DNA of 63,868 bases, counting the filler, from Choristocarpus tenellus KU-1152 (lineage: Eukaryota > Protista > Phaeophyceae), in the NCBI GenBank assembly GCA_964200185.2. It is 11 parts of 11 records of this genome, joined end to end, with 100 filler letters (N's around TTAATTAATTAA, not from the genome) between each part and the next. Parts side by side here need not be neighbours in the genome. Positions count along the whole stretch, not along the records: positions 36,156 to 44,888 come from CAXNAD020004390.1; positions 44,989 to 49,511 come from CAXNAD020014167.1; positions 49,612 to 60,677 come from CAXNAD020002526.1; 8 more parts are not named here. The stretch is one strand, 5' to 3'. A model generated the notes under the pieces. That model saw only the letters and a program-made list of their open reading frames with translations, was not told the DNA's origin and searched no databases. The translations under genes were made by a program, and so were the position numbers. This document shows positions 38,382-52,438 of the stretch, in pieces; the first letter of the stretch is position 1; every line of letters begins with the position of its first letter.

Positions 38382-41300
38382 TTACAGCTTCACAGACCCA
38401 TTCAACAATCTGTTTTTCCTCTCCATACCACCCTTCTTCATTCCCTTCCTCCCTTGTTCTCTACAAGGCTCTGAGAGAGCAGCATCAACTGCAGCCCTGT
38501 GAATTTCCATCTGGCGCAAAAGTTCGTGATCCACATGCCTGCGCTGCCTCTCTCGATCCATAGAACCCTTAATCTTAACCAGAAGCTGAGAATGGAGCAA
38601 CGTTTCCAAGGTAAAGGGGGCAACGAGTCAATCAAGGGGGTATATCAACATGAGAGCAAAGGGTGACGGTATCTAGCTGTCGTAGTCCATTTACCTACCT
38701 CCTAAAAGGGGATAAGACAAGTGTTATGGAACAGAAAAAGATACGCAAAATACTGCTGCATCCTATGTCAACAAGGTGGGTCGGGCACTGTAGACAGATC
38801 CTGTAATCACAAAATGAACAAGCAAATTGGTGACTCAAAGCAGGTTGAGGGGACAGGAAGTTACCAGACACCTGTGGCTAGCTTACACCATATGTGCCTC
38901 ACTAAACAACTCAAATAAAGCCAGTCTCGTATCTTTCTCAACACACCAAGCACATCGCTTGTACAGAAATACAAACTAAAATTTTTCACTAGTCTCACAT
39001 AACCTCTCTTTCGATTCACATGTAGAATGAAGACAAAAGGCCTACAGTCTCTGCATGGTGAGCATACCTTTGAGCAGTTGTCAAAAAAGCTCTGTGTGAT
39101 AACCCAATGACTCGAAAATAGTCTATTTCAGAGACCTGGTACATACTCCGAACCAGCAAAAATACCAATACATCAAATACACTCCTGGGCAAAGCACACC
39201 CACCCTCACCCAACCCACACCACACTCCAGCGATAGGCCCATAACCCCCACACACCTGAAGCAACCGTCCCCTCTCTGCATTCCTTCTTCCCGCTGGGAC
39301 GCATGAGCGTATCACCTCCGCCTCCCCAGTCTTGAGGCAAACCTCCCGACACATTGTCCTCAGCTCCTCTACGCAGACTATCCTCTGTGTAGTAAACCAC
39401 GGTCGAAAGCTGGGACTCTCAATGAACCTCTGGTACAGTATCTGCCATTGCACATGTTGGAATGCCGCCGGAGGCCCCATAAGCGCCAGCTCCACCATGA
39501 ACTCCTCCTGAACAAATCGCCTCAGAAGGGTCTCGGGGTCTGTATATATGGACAGAGGCATCGCTGCTGGAAGGTGAGCCCCCCCGCCCCCACCTGCAAG
39601 CGCCATGTCGTGCATTTGCTCATGCAAGGGCATGGATTTTTTCATCTTCCTTTTTTCCATCCCAAACCACCCAGGGTCAGACACTCCCCTCCCTTCACCT
39701 CCCACTAAAAGGTTTCCCACAAGCCCCAGACCCCCAAATGCAGTAACAGGAGGGGGTGACACTGAATGCGAACGTATGTGCCATGACGCAGTGTTGAGTG
39801 AAGATGGCATCGTCCCCAACGAGGGCGCCTGCACTACGAAGTCTGGACGGAAGTACAAATCAAACGGTTCAAGGAAGGACCTGGTAAGGGAAACAAAGTG
39901 TCTCCTCAAGATGACGTCATTGATAGCTCGAAGACTGTCTTTCCATTCCCTCCGGGTCTCTGCTCCACCACCCCATTTTCCCACGCTGATGTCATCGCCA
40001 CCACCTTCGCCAGGCAAAGCCCCCTTGGAGTCTGATGATGGCGCTGACGATCCATCACCATCAGGCCTACCATCCCCCTGTGTCGGGGGAGGCGGTGCGG
40101 CAGAGGCAGCAGCCACAGCTGCAGTGGCAATGGCAGCTGTGGCAGGATTGTGAGGGCAAGAAGGGTCCAAAAGGGAGGACAAGACGTTCCCATCAGGCAC
40201 CATCACGGGCTGCTGCCTGGTAATAAGGATGGGCTCCTCTGGACGATCGTCGCCCTGCAGAACTTGCTCCAGGCTGGCACCGGTCCTCACCACCTGTACC
40301 CTCACAGTGGGACCACGAGAATGTAGAGAGGGACCTTGCACACCCAGAGATCTTGAGTGTTGCTGTTGATGACGATGCTGCTTCTCTTGCTGCTGCTCAT
40401 CTTGCCCTTCACCTGTATCATTTGTATCCCTGCTCTTGCCTTTGGGCTCGCCTTGATGAGCTGCCCTTGCCCTGGCCATCCCCTGGTGATCTTCAGAGAG
40501 TACCCGTTGCAGCTTTTTGTAACTGGCAAGGTCAGCATTAGCACTGCGACCAGCTGCCCCTGGGAGTACAATGGCATTAGGCCACCGGGAGAGGGTGCGC
40601 AGGAAGATGGGATTGATGACCCCAAGCAAGATGCTGGGGAAACCGCTTGCCACGTTACCCCCAGAGGTTCCCATGGATGGTTGCTGAACCTCAAGGACAG
40701 GTGTACTGTGTTGTACAGGTGGAAATGACAGCAGATGGAACGGATATGAGAGATCTTGTGAATTTTGGGGGGAGGGAAGTATGCATTAAAATACTGCTCC
40801 TGTGCATGAGTGCATAGAATATCTCCACGCACGCTTGCTCTTAGTATTTTAGACCTCTCAGTTCACATGAAATTTATCAAGCCGCCCTTTAAATACTTCT
40901 ACCACATCAACATTAAACACAACAAGTAACACCCCTTGGAAAAATATGACAGAAGTGCTTCCCTCTCAATCAAAAACTGAAAAGACTTTTTCTCCTTACC
41001 CCACCAAGACCAACACAAACCCACCAACTAAACCATGCATACTGGAACTACTCCATGCCCCACTCCTCCTGTGTCAAACTCACTACAGAGTCCTTCACTG
41101 ACACCTATACAGTAAGTACCCATCAACATCTTCTGACACATCTCTGGCCTCACACTCATTTCATTAAACACCCACTGTCTACAACTGGGCTCTCACTCAA
41201 ATTGGTCCGGCCTATCCCACCCATCCCCCCACCCCCCTTTGCCCAACCTCCCATTTCATTCCCCCTAAACCAACTGCTCACCCCCAAGCCATTTGTTGCT

Positions 41301-44300
41301 TGCTGCTGGCTCTATCATGAGCTCCAACGATGTCTCTGTAGTCTGGGTCAAAAGCTGTAAAATGTGGCCGGAAATCGCCTCCAAAGTAAACAGGTGATGC
41401 AAGGCTCACCATACCCAAGATAGCTGCAGATGAAGCACCCACATTAGGTCCAACTACCATTGTGGGACCACCGGTGATAACCAGTTCCCAGAGTAGCCAT
41501 AGGTGTTCCACCAACTGGGGTATAGAACATAAGGAGAGCCGAGCTATCAGTGGTAGGTGGGAATGACCTGTGGAGTACTAGTATAAAACTGGGGGTGATT
41601 TCCCAAGGATTTTATCATGCCTCAATATTCAAAGTTAAAATCAATACAGACTCCCATGTCTTTCACAACAGAAGCATCTGTGCTGGAAGTCATGGAAGGC
41701 TTTAGGGGTGGACCGCCAAAAAAATCGGCAAATGCCATCTTGCAACGATTGGCAGATTAAGAGACATTAGGACTATAAATCTCACCACAACAAATGTGTA
41801 TGTAACAATATGGATAAAATAGTAGTGTGCACTATGGTGCAAACAATGCAAAAAGACACACTATACTGTGATGTACCAATACTCTACACAGTTTCAGAGG
41901 GGGAGGGAAGGAGAGACGGTATATACTATTACAGGAAACGGTACATTAAATCGGCATAGCATTGCACCAGCCTAAGGTGGCACAACACTTCCATAGTAGA
42001 CAGTACATTCTCAACACTTAACACCACAAACTGGGAGAATGGTAACAAGAAACAGGAGTTAAGCCCTTTATATAGAGTGGGGTTTTGGAGTACATCACTG
42101 GTGCGATCATTCCAACAGTTACAACTTTCAAAATTCAACCCCCCCAGTGAAGGAGGATACGAAGTTATTGTTTGCTCCTCCTAAAAGTGTGACCACACAA
42201 CTAATATCTCTCCAAGAAAAAGGGTAGGGGGGAACAGGCACAAATCAGACCCCAATCATAACTAACCCTACAATAATGCCATGATATTAATTTTACAAAC
42301 AGATTGTGATACACATCTGTAAAAAAGTTCTAAACCATTTTGAACAGTCTGTACCCCCCTTTGCACTCTCACCACACACACACACAAAGACACAAAAAGA
42401 CACCTACGCGCCCATACCTTCTTCCCAAAGATGCTGAATAGACCCATGCTCTGAAACAGCCCCTGTTTACTCCTGAAGCGAGCCTCGTCGGCCAGCAACA
42501 TTTCTGCAAATGGAGAACGTCCACCATGAAGAAGTCTGTCCATAGTGGCAGTTTCAAAGAAGGACACAGTGGAGTGTGCATGGGGGTAGTATTTGAGATA
42601 TGTTTCTCACCAATTGGCGTGTTTCACTCTCTAGCTCTCTGAACAGGGCATGGTGTTGGTTTTCCCATAGGTAGGTTGTTGTGGTTCTGGGGGCAATTAC
42701 TGAAGACTAATACTGGAACATCAATCATGATACTGCAATGTTGTCATTTGTCATTTTTTCCTAATACAATAATAGCAGCACTAGTCACTGGCATTGCTAT
42801 GATACTAGTTGTTCAAATTATTGCACTATATTAGGAAGACTATGTACTATTATTGATATTGACAAATACTGTGGGGGTGTAGGAGGGTAAGGGTAAGGGT
42901 AAGGAGGTGCACATGAGAGCCCTAGTGTACAAAAAGACTTGAACATTTTAAAATACCAAAGCAGAGCACTGCAAGGTACTAGGTACACAAGCAAGTACTA
43001 CCTATACAAGAAAAAACAACAAAGTAAACTATCAACGGTGCTGGTGCAATGTACACACTAAAAAATAAAAGTACACTAAAAAACAGAACTGATTCAGGGT
43101 ACAACTTTACACAATCAAGTACAGAAGTAATACAAAAAGTAGCAACCAGTACAAGGTACACAAACAAGCAATCCAGAGCGTGTAACAGCCTGCATTCTAA
43201 CCATCACTACTGCTGTCTCATCAAAATACAGTATTAATTTTAATAGATGGAAGGTCAAAGTATCTGGAGCGCTCTGTGCTGCTCTGGAACACTTGGATCA
43301 CCAAAAAAATAAGCGAGACTCAAGCAATAGTAGGCTTCACAGAAAATAGACGGGATGTCCATGGGCAGATGACACACCATTGATGTAGAACACTTTCTCT
43401 AGGCTTGTCATAGTGTGGATAGGGACCCCCCACCCCTACTCTAAAATCATCCCCTTCCAAAAGCACAGACATAGTCACAGAACAACAATACTACTACTAC
43501 TACTACTACTACTAATAATAATAATAATAGTAATAACAGTCAGAGTGTACAGTATGGTTTTGCACCCTTTTGTATCACTACATCACTACTTAATCATGAT
43601 TGTTCAGCTACCAATAAAACGCCTCTATAACAATAACAATGATAATAATCTTACACTTGATGTCTGAATCAGTGCGGATATGACCCCTCAATACAGCTTG
43701 CATAGCAGGTAAGCTGCAGTGGAAAAGCAAACAAGCGCCAACACACTGAACAAACAGCCTTTGACTACAAAAGAGGACTCAAATCTACAATACAATGCTT
43801 GCCTCGAGGTCTTTTGGATCACCCCCCTATTGCTGCTATCTCGTTTTTTGTGCCCCTCCATCTTTCCCCCGGACTCCTTTTCATTTTCAACATGATCACC
43901 AGCCCCCTCCTCCTCCCTCTCCCCCCCCCCTATCCTTCCACTCTCTGCTTTAGCTCCTTCATCTTTTGGCAGGTTCATGTCCCCAGCACTTTCCTGACCA
44001 TTTCTGGTGTCAGTGGACAAATGTTGCACATCAGAGGAAACACCTTCCCCTTCCATTTCCCTTTGACAAGGAGGCGTTTGACCTGGGGGAGTATGGGGTT
44101 TGAGGTTAGTAAGGAATAGAGTGCAACATCTTCAGTGATATTTATAGCATTCATTAAATGTACAATCATTGGTTGCACAGTATTCAGCCCATTCCAACTC
44201 TAATCCACGTATCATCATTATCATTTACTAAAATATAAACAGGTGTGGCACCCCCAGAGCTTCATTTTCTACAGCACAACACCAACACTTGTTGTCAAAC

Positions 44301-44740
44301 TCATACTAACAGTAAGAACACTAAGAATATAATAATAACAAAACTAGAGTGGAGGAAAGAGTCTCAATTGGTCAACCAAAAAGCCCCCATAAATGATCCC
44401 ACGACTTGGATTTCAAAAACTCAACACCAAACAAGAGTAAGTCAAGCTCGCCCATTTCAAGGACCCACAACTTCAATACAGCAAACTGATACAATCCACA
44501 TCCATTTCTTCCCCAAGCTCTCTTCATCTCTTCATCAATTCTCCCCTTCTCACCGCCCTCCAGAACAACTGCCCTGTCAATGCGCCGGGTGCCCTCCTCT
44601 GTGCTGCTTTGGTGGTTGTCTCCAGCACTGTCCCTACCCATGCCATTGCTGCCATTGCCACTTCCCCCCCCTCCATTTGATATCAACGGCTTGCTACTTC
44701 TTCCTCGTACATCATGCCCCGCGTCCTGCCACATCACACA
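38382..44740 (-). CDS. DENND6: DENN domain-containing protein 6 (FAM116) homolog, partial, multi-exon
   Basis: Exon ending at 42418 (GLFSIFGKK) splices in phase to 41514-41282 (LWLLWELVITGGP...DFRPHFT.FD). Large exon about 40689-39256 (LLGVINPIF, LRRHF..LT.SFL.P, LY.RFI.SPSF..W); probable last exon 38567-38382. Upstream low-complexity exons (43.8-44.7 kb) and some junctions unresolved. Confidence 0.88.
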
Positions 44741-46411
44741 ATGTTTGACAACAAATCAAAGAGGGTAGAAAAAAAAAAGATACATCTATTTACCAACCAA
44801 TTGTGTGCAATGAATAAGAAATCATATCGTCCATTTCCAAGGGTAAGCATTGACACAACCGTACCTTATCAAAAGGCCCCATGACAAGNNNNNNNNNNNN
44901 NNNNNNNNNNNNNNNNNNNNNNNNNNNNNNNNTTAATTAATTAANNNNNNNNNNNNNNNNNNNNNNNNNNNNNNNNNNNNNNNNNNNNCCCCCCTCCCCA
45001 GATACTTTGACCCAATATTGATGTTCTGTAGGAAGGAAATTGATCCTGACACATTCAGTAAAATCACTCAAGAATCACAGAAAAGGGCATTGAAGTACTA
45101 CCTTCAATATGCTCAAGGGTCTCTCACTGTACCCATAACACCCATGCTGATATTCTTATACAATGGATTTGTACCTGCAATTTGTACTCTGTTGTGCACA
45201 GTTTCGACATGGACCGACTTGACATGGTACAATATTACGTCATACAGGCAATCACATTGTTGAACACCACTTGAACAAGTAAGATTTACATGCTAGGAGG
45301 AGTCGCATTCTTGACATCCTACCATCAACCAGTAACACCAATTTTTAAAAACGGCTTTGATACAATGATAAAACCAGAGCCAAAGGAACGGGTCTTTTCC
45401 AGGAAGTGAGTCAGGACAGGGAAGATGTGCCTGAGAGAGATGACTGGGACGATGAGAGGAGTCATCCTCACAGCAAGTCGTACACTTGGAGGGATTCAGA
45501 AGGGTAAGGTGTAATGGGTATTTCATCCAACATATCAATTCAAGAAGATACAATATGCATTCAAATATTTTCCAATAGCGTTGTGAATAATATCAAGAAC
45601 AGAAATTTCACAAGATAATGCTTGAAAGCATGGAAGGATAGGGAAGGGTGCACTGCAGCAACGTAGTAATTAGTACCAGAAGAAAAACTACAGCTGAATT
45701 TATATGATACACCATAGATTATTTGAGCAAATCCAAAACCAGGAAATTTGATAGTTTCAGATTCTGATGTTACAATATGACAGTCCAGGACCTCAGTGCA
45801 CACCACACATGATGATGATGTACTTTAGAGTCTGACAAAGATTTTTGGGAAGTAGGTTACTGATCACCTCTAAAGGTATGCCCGCGTATCGCGAATTTGA
45901 CAATATCAACTATTCATATATATTATTGAACTCACCGGCAGAAACTTGCTGTTGAGGACATCTGTTTTGATAATAAGACTGAGGTTCAGCTGCTTCCTCC
46001 AATCCGGGATAGTTTGACAAATATCTGCTTGTGGCATCTTTCCGTCAACCTGTTGGGTTTTTTTTAGACAAGAATAGGTACATGGCTTCAAACAGAGTGT
46101 GTTAGAGATCGGTAAAAGGTAAATTACACTCGGTGATCTATCACAATTTGATACGACTAAGTTACACTGATGAAATTGAAAACTGCTATATTCATAGCTT
46201 TTGATCATCATACTATTATTATTATTTCTCTAACTCGTTAGACTGGGCTAATTTGTAGCCTGACCTGTCTCAAGGTATTTTCCAACTGCTGTAGAAACAC
46301 AATACTACCTCAAAGAGTGTATTGCTTCTTGTTTGTTGGGTTCAACCATTCTGCTGGTTGTCATCCTCCCCATCCTCCTAATCTTGGTACCACTGTTTCG
46401 TAATGAAACTC

Positions 46412-46564
46412 AATATATTTACAATAGCTATCATAATATATTTACAATAGCTATCATAATATATTTACAATAGCTATCATAATATATTTACAATAGCTAT
46501 CATAATATATTTACAATAGCTATCATAATATATTTACAATAGCTATAATAATATATTTACAATA
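46412..46564. repeat. 23-bp tandem minisatellite, about 6.6 near-identical copies
   Basis: AATATATTTACAATAGCTATCAT at 46412, 46435, 46458, 46481, 46504, 46527 and partially at 46550. Confidence 0.97.
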
Positions 46565-49387
46565 ACCACTGCTTCAGTAACCGTCAAGGTTCACTGCAGC
46601 GTGGTATCCTGCAGGGTATGTCTGCACCGAGATTCATATTGGATTGAGGTAATTGCTGTATGGACTAACCATGTGGCTGCCATTGAAATTAGATTTCCAC
46701 GAGAGGGACAAATCATATCAGCCATGGTTAGAACCCCTGGCATTTCATGGTAAATGAATTGTCCTACCTTCTAGGCTACAGTGGGAGACCCAGTATGGGT
46801 TGGGCTTGGAAGGGTATTCTCAGAAAGTCCCTCTACATGATGCATACAATAATGGTACTTCGTAACAACAATAAAGATACCGACAGTAGGAATATTCTGG
46901 AATATTCATGTTTTGAGAAAGAGCAATGGTGGAATGCAAAGTGAATTAATCCTATTGGCTTAGTGTGTCATAACGAAAGCAATGGAGAAAATATCTAGAT
47001 GTTGTGCTGTGTTCCCTACCCTGACCCTAACACTTACCCTGATCCTAACACTCAGTGTTAGCATGGGTCTTCTGCATGTCCTGAGCTGGAGTTTATCATT
47101 TCTTTCCCTCTAGAGTCAAACCTGAAGTATTCAAGCTTCACTCTAGTGGCATCCTGCAAGTATGCATAAGTTGCATCTACGTATGTATACTACCCTCTCA
47201 TTCCGACACATGCTGTATCTCTGCGATGTGCTATTAGAGTAGAAGTTGGGGTGTACCTATATTTCGATTTCAACGCCAATATCTAAGTCACCAATGTTCC
47301 ATCAGGGCAGATAGCTATGAAAGATTAAGATAGAATTTTGACCAAGACAGCTTTTCTTGCTGAGTAGATAGCTATCTACTCAGGTTCAGCTGTGGTGTCT
47401 CACTATGTGACATTGAATGCAATGCCATGAGTCGTAGGTTTGACTCCTGGCTAGAATGCTTATGTGACTCACCATGAGATAGATACCGGGGCGGATAGTT
47501 GGCCCATAGATATTGCCAGGTAGCTCCCCAGCCTCTGTTTTGGTCAGTGTAAAGTATTGAGACACCACTCCTCCACCAGTACAGATATTCACACTGACAT
47601 ACCAAAACACAATTTGGATGTCTTTGAGCTCTGCCCTCCACGTGTGCCTTTGTTTTCAACAAATCCTAATGTTGATATTTTTTCTAATCCTTGTTTTTGT
47701 TGGTCAAGTTGTGAATTGCAAGCGCCACACTCATGTAACTGGTCCATGAGATCATTGACGAAAAAATATCTCAATGTCAGAACTCCAGCCTACCAAAGTT
47801 TCTAGAATGATACCTCAATTATGTTCTGGTAGTATGTCCAATTGTTGAATTTTCTCTAATAGTATGCTGAAGTGAATTTGTCCTACATGGAATATTGCTA
47901 TGATATGAATATTCAAAGTAGTAAAATTATAATATACACTCAAAGGCAGCCATGCACTATTGTTGTGTCTTCACCAAAGAGGATATCTCACCACTACAAC
48001 ATGATCTTCATACCACCTCTCCACCTCAGAGTAGTTGGTGGAGAACCTATCCCTAACCCCACCCTTATCACTATCTCTATCCCTATCCCCATCCCCATCC
48101 CTATCCCCATCCCTAATCCTATTGTTGAAGGTGTTCCTGATGTATGCCTAACATACTTTGAAGTATTTGAAGAAAATGAAATAGAGTTCTGCTATTTGGG
48201 ACTAGTCTAATGATTTTATGATTGATGTGTAAAAGACATTTCATACCTTCATAAAAGTCTGCTTTTGATGTTGAACCTTTGGAAAACTTGTGTTGTAAAC
48301 TCCCTCACAACTCTAAGTGTTCGGGTCAAACGTTACCACTTCTCTAAATCCTAGCACTAGTTGTAACCCAAACCTAAACCCAACCCCAAAACCATTCCCA
48401 ATCCCAATCCCAATCCCAATCCCAATCCCATTCCCATGGTTCTGTCCTGTCATCACCCTGGCAACATAAGACAGGGGGGAAAGTGACAGCACTTGGCGAT
48501 CTGCAGAGCCTCCGAAGGGATCTAAGATTTGCCTCGAAATTGATAGAGGGGATCAAACCTCAATTTTGGGCAGGAGAATGTTTGGCGGAGGAGAGAGAGG
48601 CAAGTCAACCCAAGACTACCTACAATAGAAAATATGTTTGTGCTGGTGTCTCCTAGATAGGAGGTGGATAAGCCTCACCCTGAAGATGGAAGTGGCAGGA
48701 TTATCGCCTTTTACCATTGATTGGTTAATTTGACCAATGAATGGTGCTGATTGTACTTCCACAATGCCATCGGCAATTCATCATTTTCTAGGTAAAAAAT
48801 ATTCAAAATTTGACAAAAAAAAAAAGAAGGTACTCATATCTACAGATTTGGTTGAATTTGACATTGAGCGAATGGGGATGTATTTGCTGTGCAGACATTC
48901 CCTACCCATACTAACCTTTTTGGTAACCTTGGCATCAACCAGGAAGGTTAGGGTCGAGACAGGAAGGCCATGGTGTAAAGCAGCAACAGTCATTCCCTTC
49001 AAGAAAGTAGCCGGTGAATGTGTAAGGATTAAACCAGTGAGATGTATTCGCCTTCCTAACTTCATTCAGGGAGTGGCAGCGACAGAGCTAAGGGCAGAGG
49101 CGACAGCAGGGAATGGGAGGGGCGACGGGATAGATATCCTGTTGGAAGAAGAGAGAGGGATGACTATAGAGAGGACTGGGAGTTTCATAGGGATGGAAAG
49201 AGGCAAGGGAACCAACAACACGAGGGATTGGGGAATGGAAAGCAAGGTAGGGGTTGGTGGATAGAGATGTACAAATATTTCTACTCTGATTCTTTCCCAC
49301 CAAGTGCATATCTACTGTAGATGGTTGTGGTTCCAATATTTTTTCAAAGAGTATGCGTACGTTTGGGCTATAGGTTTCTCTAATTTT

Positions 49388-49511
49388 GTCTCAAAGTATC
49401 TGGGGGGGGGTGATGGCTGTCCATTAGAGGCCCATTTTTCCATGTTCCAATTTTTGGGTGATTTGGTTGCATGCGTCAGATGGATAATGAAGGTGCAGTT
49501 CTCTTGACCAG
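49388..49511 (+). mobile_element. MITE family B copy, truncated at contig edge
   Basis: GTCTCAAAGTATCTGGGGGGGG...GGTGATTTGGTTGCATGCGTCAGATGGATAATG. Confidence 0.85.
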
Positions 49512-50172
49512 NNNNNNNNNNNNNNNNNNNNNNNNNNNNNNNNNNNNNNNNNNNNTTAATTAATTAANNNNNNNNNNNNNNNNNNNNNNNNNNNNNNNNN
49601 NNNNNNNNNNNCAACCCCCCAACCCCATCCCCCTTTACGAAAACTGAGTATCTTCAAAGTGGGAACCAAACAATGGGCCCTCACCACACGCATACACACA
49701 CAATCCCGGCGACACAACACAAGCTATCACATCGACAAATTCCCATTTATCAGAACAAATACACTGTTCTCATGCCGTTGAGACATTTGGCACAGAACAC
49801 AGTTTTTAAAAAAAAGTGCTATTTATGCAATCAGAATCGAAGCGTGCCCGATGCATGCGGGACTGTCGAACCAGAATCCTTCTCGCAGAGGAGAAAAAAA
49901 AATCGTACAAGTGAAAAATAAAAAGGTATGAAATGCTGAACAGTTGGATTTTTTTTTTCCAAATCTCCACAAAAAAAAAAGTCAAAATCTCTACGGTTTT
50001 TTTACAGCGACACGTTGAAAGTAATCGCGCGAATGCATGTACTGCTCAAGCAAACAGACAACGCCATCTCAAGGCATTCAAACCTTTCTGCATCCACTGG
50101 CCAGAGCCAAGAGTCAAGAGTCAAAAACTCCATACTCCATTCCTTCAAGGCACAACAAGCCTCTCTGCTCAC

Positions 50173-52438
50173 CTCATGCACCCCTGGTTGTAGTACTCCT
50201 GTAACAACTCCTTCCCGTACAGCGGCAACCTCTTGAAAGGGTTTACAGCAAGTAAAATGGCGTTTGCTGTGAACGTGTAGATGTTTCCACGCTCAAATCG
50301 CTGCGTCAGAGAGTGCAAAATTGCAGCCTCGTGTAGATGGGGCAATTGAATGAGGTCCTCCACACAGTCCATCTCCTCGTCATTTGCCAGTTTAAGATCC
50401 TCGAGTTCATTACCTTGTGTATATCCCACAAAAAGCAGAGCACACAGGCGACAAATAAGACTAACGAAAAGAACTGGTGGCAAGCCCCAGCCATAGTTGT
50501 CGGTCAGCCCAGAATTATGGGATAAAATAATCAGGTCACATGCATGTATTGATATTATTATAGTAGTAGTACTAGTAGTACTAGTATTACACATGACGTT
50601 GTGACAGTCATAGGAACAACACAGACCCAAGACATTCAACCAGCTAAGTGAATGAATGAGGACAAGGTGGCACATCGTTGGAAGGCCAGGCAGGTGAAGA
50701 AGCAAGGGGGAGGGGGGGGAAATATTATGACAAAGGACAACCAAGATATTTGAAATGCTGTAGTGCTCCAGCTTGCATCAACTGAGAACTTGGGACTGGT
50801 GAAGGAACCTCCCTGTACCTCACATACTACGGAAAAACTTAAGGGGAATGCCTGCCAAGAAAAATGTTGGCATATTTTCGGCGAGGGCTGGCCCCAAAAC
50901 TTTGAAAATTCCAATCCCCACCACAAAATAGTGAGGAATGGCCTTGGACAACCCTAAGAAAACATATAAAGTGATCATTGTAGCTACCTTTTACCCTCAC
51001 TATACTGCTCATATTCTCATCTCTGTCCCTGTCTCCGTCGCCTTGGTGAGCAAAGAGGCATCACTGTGTATTAATGCATCAATCAGTATGCACAAAAATC
51101 CATCATAGCACGGAATTATTGTGCAGAGTGAAGCGGTAACCATTAACCACCAAGACCCTCATTGTTGACTACAAAAAAGCAACGAACAAAAAATCCTAGC
51201 AATTGTTTAATATTCATTGCTATGAAGGAGACGGAGATGGACCCGGGCAGATACATGTAGAACATACCGCAGGTTCTAGTGAACACGTTCAGGCACCACA
51301 TGTCAGAGAGACGATAAGGCACCCACGAAAGAAAACGTTTTTGCTTATTTGCAAACAGGGCAAGGTTGGGTCTTCCATTGGACGTTTATCAATGTACACT
51401 CCAAGATGCTGTCCACTTTCCTCACACATCAAGAAGGAACAGCTCGAAAATACCAGGGGTGGCTATATGTAGTAAACGTGGGACACTGGATTTACATGGA
51501 ACAACTGGATGGGAAGAGACTGAGATCGGTGGTCAGTGCGAAGATGGTTATGGTAATAGAGTCAGACATGAAGATCGTGCTGGGGAGGAGGGGGGGGATC
51601 TAACACAAGATCGTGTGCCACGCGGGCAATATTTGCAGGCACCATCGCATACAAGAGTGCTCTGGGGATGTTGACCACGGAGTGTGCAGGACGAACTACT
51701 CGATGTTAGGGCCCAGCAATGTCTCCTACAAACCGGTGGCTAGAGGGGTAACCCCTGGATCTCCCGCATACCCTCTTGGCAATGTATTTTTCTCTACCCC
51801 TCTCGCATGGTGGAGACAAATGTACGCCTGCCCATTCTAGCAAGATTCCAACAACATTCACACCTTCAGTTGTTCAATGCTGTAGTGGGAAGGTTTCTGT
51901 CCGAAGCAACAGCACTTCCAAAAATATGTTCAAGCATTCAATCTGTAAGCACTAATAACTTCCATTACCTCCTCGTCCTTACAAGGGTGTGACAGCCAAC
52001 AGAATCGTGCACAGTGGGCGAAAGGTCCGATACTCTAGAGTCTACCCAACTCGACTTGATCCTTGGCAGAACAAGGCTAGCCATTTCAACGTGTTACAGT
52101 AACAGAAGAGATCTATAGTGTTTTTGCTCAGCAGAGATTTATCGCTTTGTTTCTTGAAGTATTCCCCACCTAGTTCGTATCGGCAAAGCAATTCTTCGGT
52201 CGGGTGTATAAAGAAGCTTCCTTTTTGAGGCGCATCATTTGTGACAGTACACATTCTCAACACTATTCTCACCATCATTTTCATTAAGGGTGAAGATCAG
52301 GGGTTCCTCGGAAAAGTCCTCATCCACCTCCACCTGAATGGAGCAAGGTTTAGAAGTGCTCTTCTCCAGGACCCTCCCTGCGACCCATGCCTCTGTCCCA
52401 TTCTTGTCCCGCACCCACACTGCTGCGCCCACCTCCAT
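50173..52438 (-). CDS. Myosin heavy chain, first two exons (SH3-like N-terminus and start of motor domain); resembles stramenopile myosin-29
   Basis: Exon 1 52438-52273 (MEVGAAVWVRD...AWVAG) joins in phase 1 to exon 2 50413-50173 (VEDLIQLPHLHEAAILHSL..RF...IYTFT..ILLAVNPFKRLPLY). Confidence 0.93.
51300..51992 (+). mobile_element. Degenerate hAT transposase (C-terminal dimerization domain) in myosin intron 1
   Basis: 'PLAWWR' / 'LPILAR' / 'NAVVGRFLSEAT' / 'NFHYLLVL' follow the hAT dimerization pattern (PL.WW...P.LA...S.A.VER.FS.A); frameshifted. Confidence 0.55.

Noticed and set aside
39016-39255. C-terminal part of the 552-aa ORF
   Set aside because: Probably intron read-through past the CAG|GTGTGT donor at 39255.
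45015-49380. Short ORFs on this contig, including 48737-49264
   Set aside because: No recognisable domain or consistent splice pattern.
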